A stretch of 64,000 bases of DNA from Azolla caroliniana. Taxonomy: Eukaryota > Plantae > Polypodiophyta. The position numbers were made by a program, and so were the translations under genes. Of the stretch, positions 63,860 to 64,000 are shown piece by piece. Numbering within the stretch: position 1 is the stretch's first letter; every line of letters begins with the position of its first letter. The notes beneath the pieces are model-generated. The model worked only from the letters and a program-made list of their open reading frames with translations, was not told where the DNA came from and made no database searches. The DNA is taken from contig JBHGNT010000009.1 of assembly GCA_043228905.1 (NCBI GenBank), forward strand, positions 11,904,001 to 11,968,000. Direction: 5' to 3'.

Positions 63860-64000
63860 TGATAAGAAAGATATGTATTATATGAAGAGAATATACAATG
63901 GTGGCTAAAAGGCTTAAGACTGGCGTTGAACCAATTTGGTTCAACATAATGCCTAGTGCCCTCTTTTATAGTGTTTTCAAGAGTAATCCTAAAGCTTCTA
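60712..64000 (-). mobile_element. Tandem of internally deleted Tcn1-like chromoviruses with three LTRs (60712-61137, 62497-62930, 63725 to window end)
   Basis: Near-identical first two LTRs TGTCATGA...CCTGACA; PPT AAAGGGGGGATAG at 61138-61150; chromodomain YYLVDWLGYSPSERTWEP; RT IIYLDDLL; duplicated gag MATVSAEEYQ (62423, 63650). Confidence 0.92.

Overview
Plant nuclear heterochromatin-like window: TTTAGGG repeats, a plastid ndhK fragment and Tcn1-like chromoviruses suggest a non-seed plant, possibly a fern (inference). It consists almost entirely of nested, decayed Ty1/Copia and Ty3/Gypsy LTR retrotransposons, and no intact host gene is supported. The standout is an ~8.7 kb cut-and-paste DNA transposon (23027-31768) with 36-bp TIRs and a CATT 4-bp TSD, inserted into a Gypsy 3' LTR. 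It carries a Sola-like DDD transposase and, divergently, a spliced cargo gene fusing a ParB/Srx-like domain to a beta-class N6A/N4C DNA methyltransferase-like domain (DIPY). Between them lie 13 copies of a 51-bp unit built on a perfect palindrome. Other notable signals: tRNA-like A/B boxes at the outer ends of three chromovirus LTR types, a co-varying Tf1-style self-priming PBS, two telomere-repeat insertions inside Copia pol, an ndhK NUPT inside a Gypsy element, and a palindromic AGCT satellite beside a RING-finger gene remnant. All calls are by eye; no database searches were run.
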